In this document: piece after piece, positions 62,918 to 64,000 of the stretch
How the letters are laid out: each line of letters starts with the position of its first letter
Numbering within the stretch: the stretch's first letter is position 1
Source of the DNA: Candidatus Latescibacterota bacterium
Lineage (GTDB): Bacteria; Latescibacterota; UBA2968; UBA8231
Reading direction: 5' to 3'
DNA length: 64,000 nt
Assembly: GCA_965208105.1 (NCBI GenBank)
Contig: OZ242318.1
Location: forward strand, 2,272,001 to 2,336,000
Notes under the pieces: generated by a model
What the model saw: the letters and a program-made list of their open reading frames with translations, nothing else
Database searches by the model: none
What the model was told of the DNA's origin: nothing
Program-made: the position numbers and the translations under genes

Positions 62918-64000
<1,083 letters not shown>

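Overview
High-GC bacterial window with a divergent 16S rRNA and a gene repertoire resembling candidate-phylum polysaccharide degraders such as Latescibacterota/PAUC34f (inferred, not verified). From left to right: (1) a MacAB/FtsX-type ABC cluster with 4 permeases, 2 ATPases, 1 adaptor, a receiver-only regulator, a small HTH gene and a sigma54 promoter; (2) a carbohydrate catabolic region (DegT aminotransferase, TIM-barrel isomerase, enolase-family dehydratase, GHL10-like, PhyH, GH65-like, GH78) with several gene remnants; (3) a FlgD-domain secreted protein and a large outer-membrane-like protein; (4) a deacetylase - 3x BNR propeller - deacetylase paralog array and a PhyH with an HxA motif; (5) a form-II-like coxGSLM molybdo-flavoenzyme locus whose maturation genes are translationally coupled to birA and to a Na+-translocating decarboxylase (oadG-B-A); (6) moaA, a FolC/ATP-grasp fusion, pyrB, a small basic protein and a GT-C glycosyltransferase; (7) an rrn operon (16S, tRNA-Ile, partial 23S). 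A 160-bp MITE occurs in two close copies plus diverged relatives. No CRISPR array or intact transposase was seen. All calls come from motif reading only; no database searches were run.
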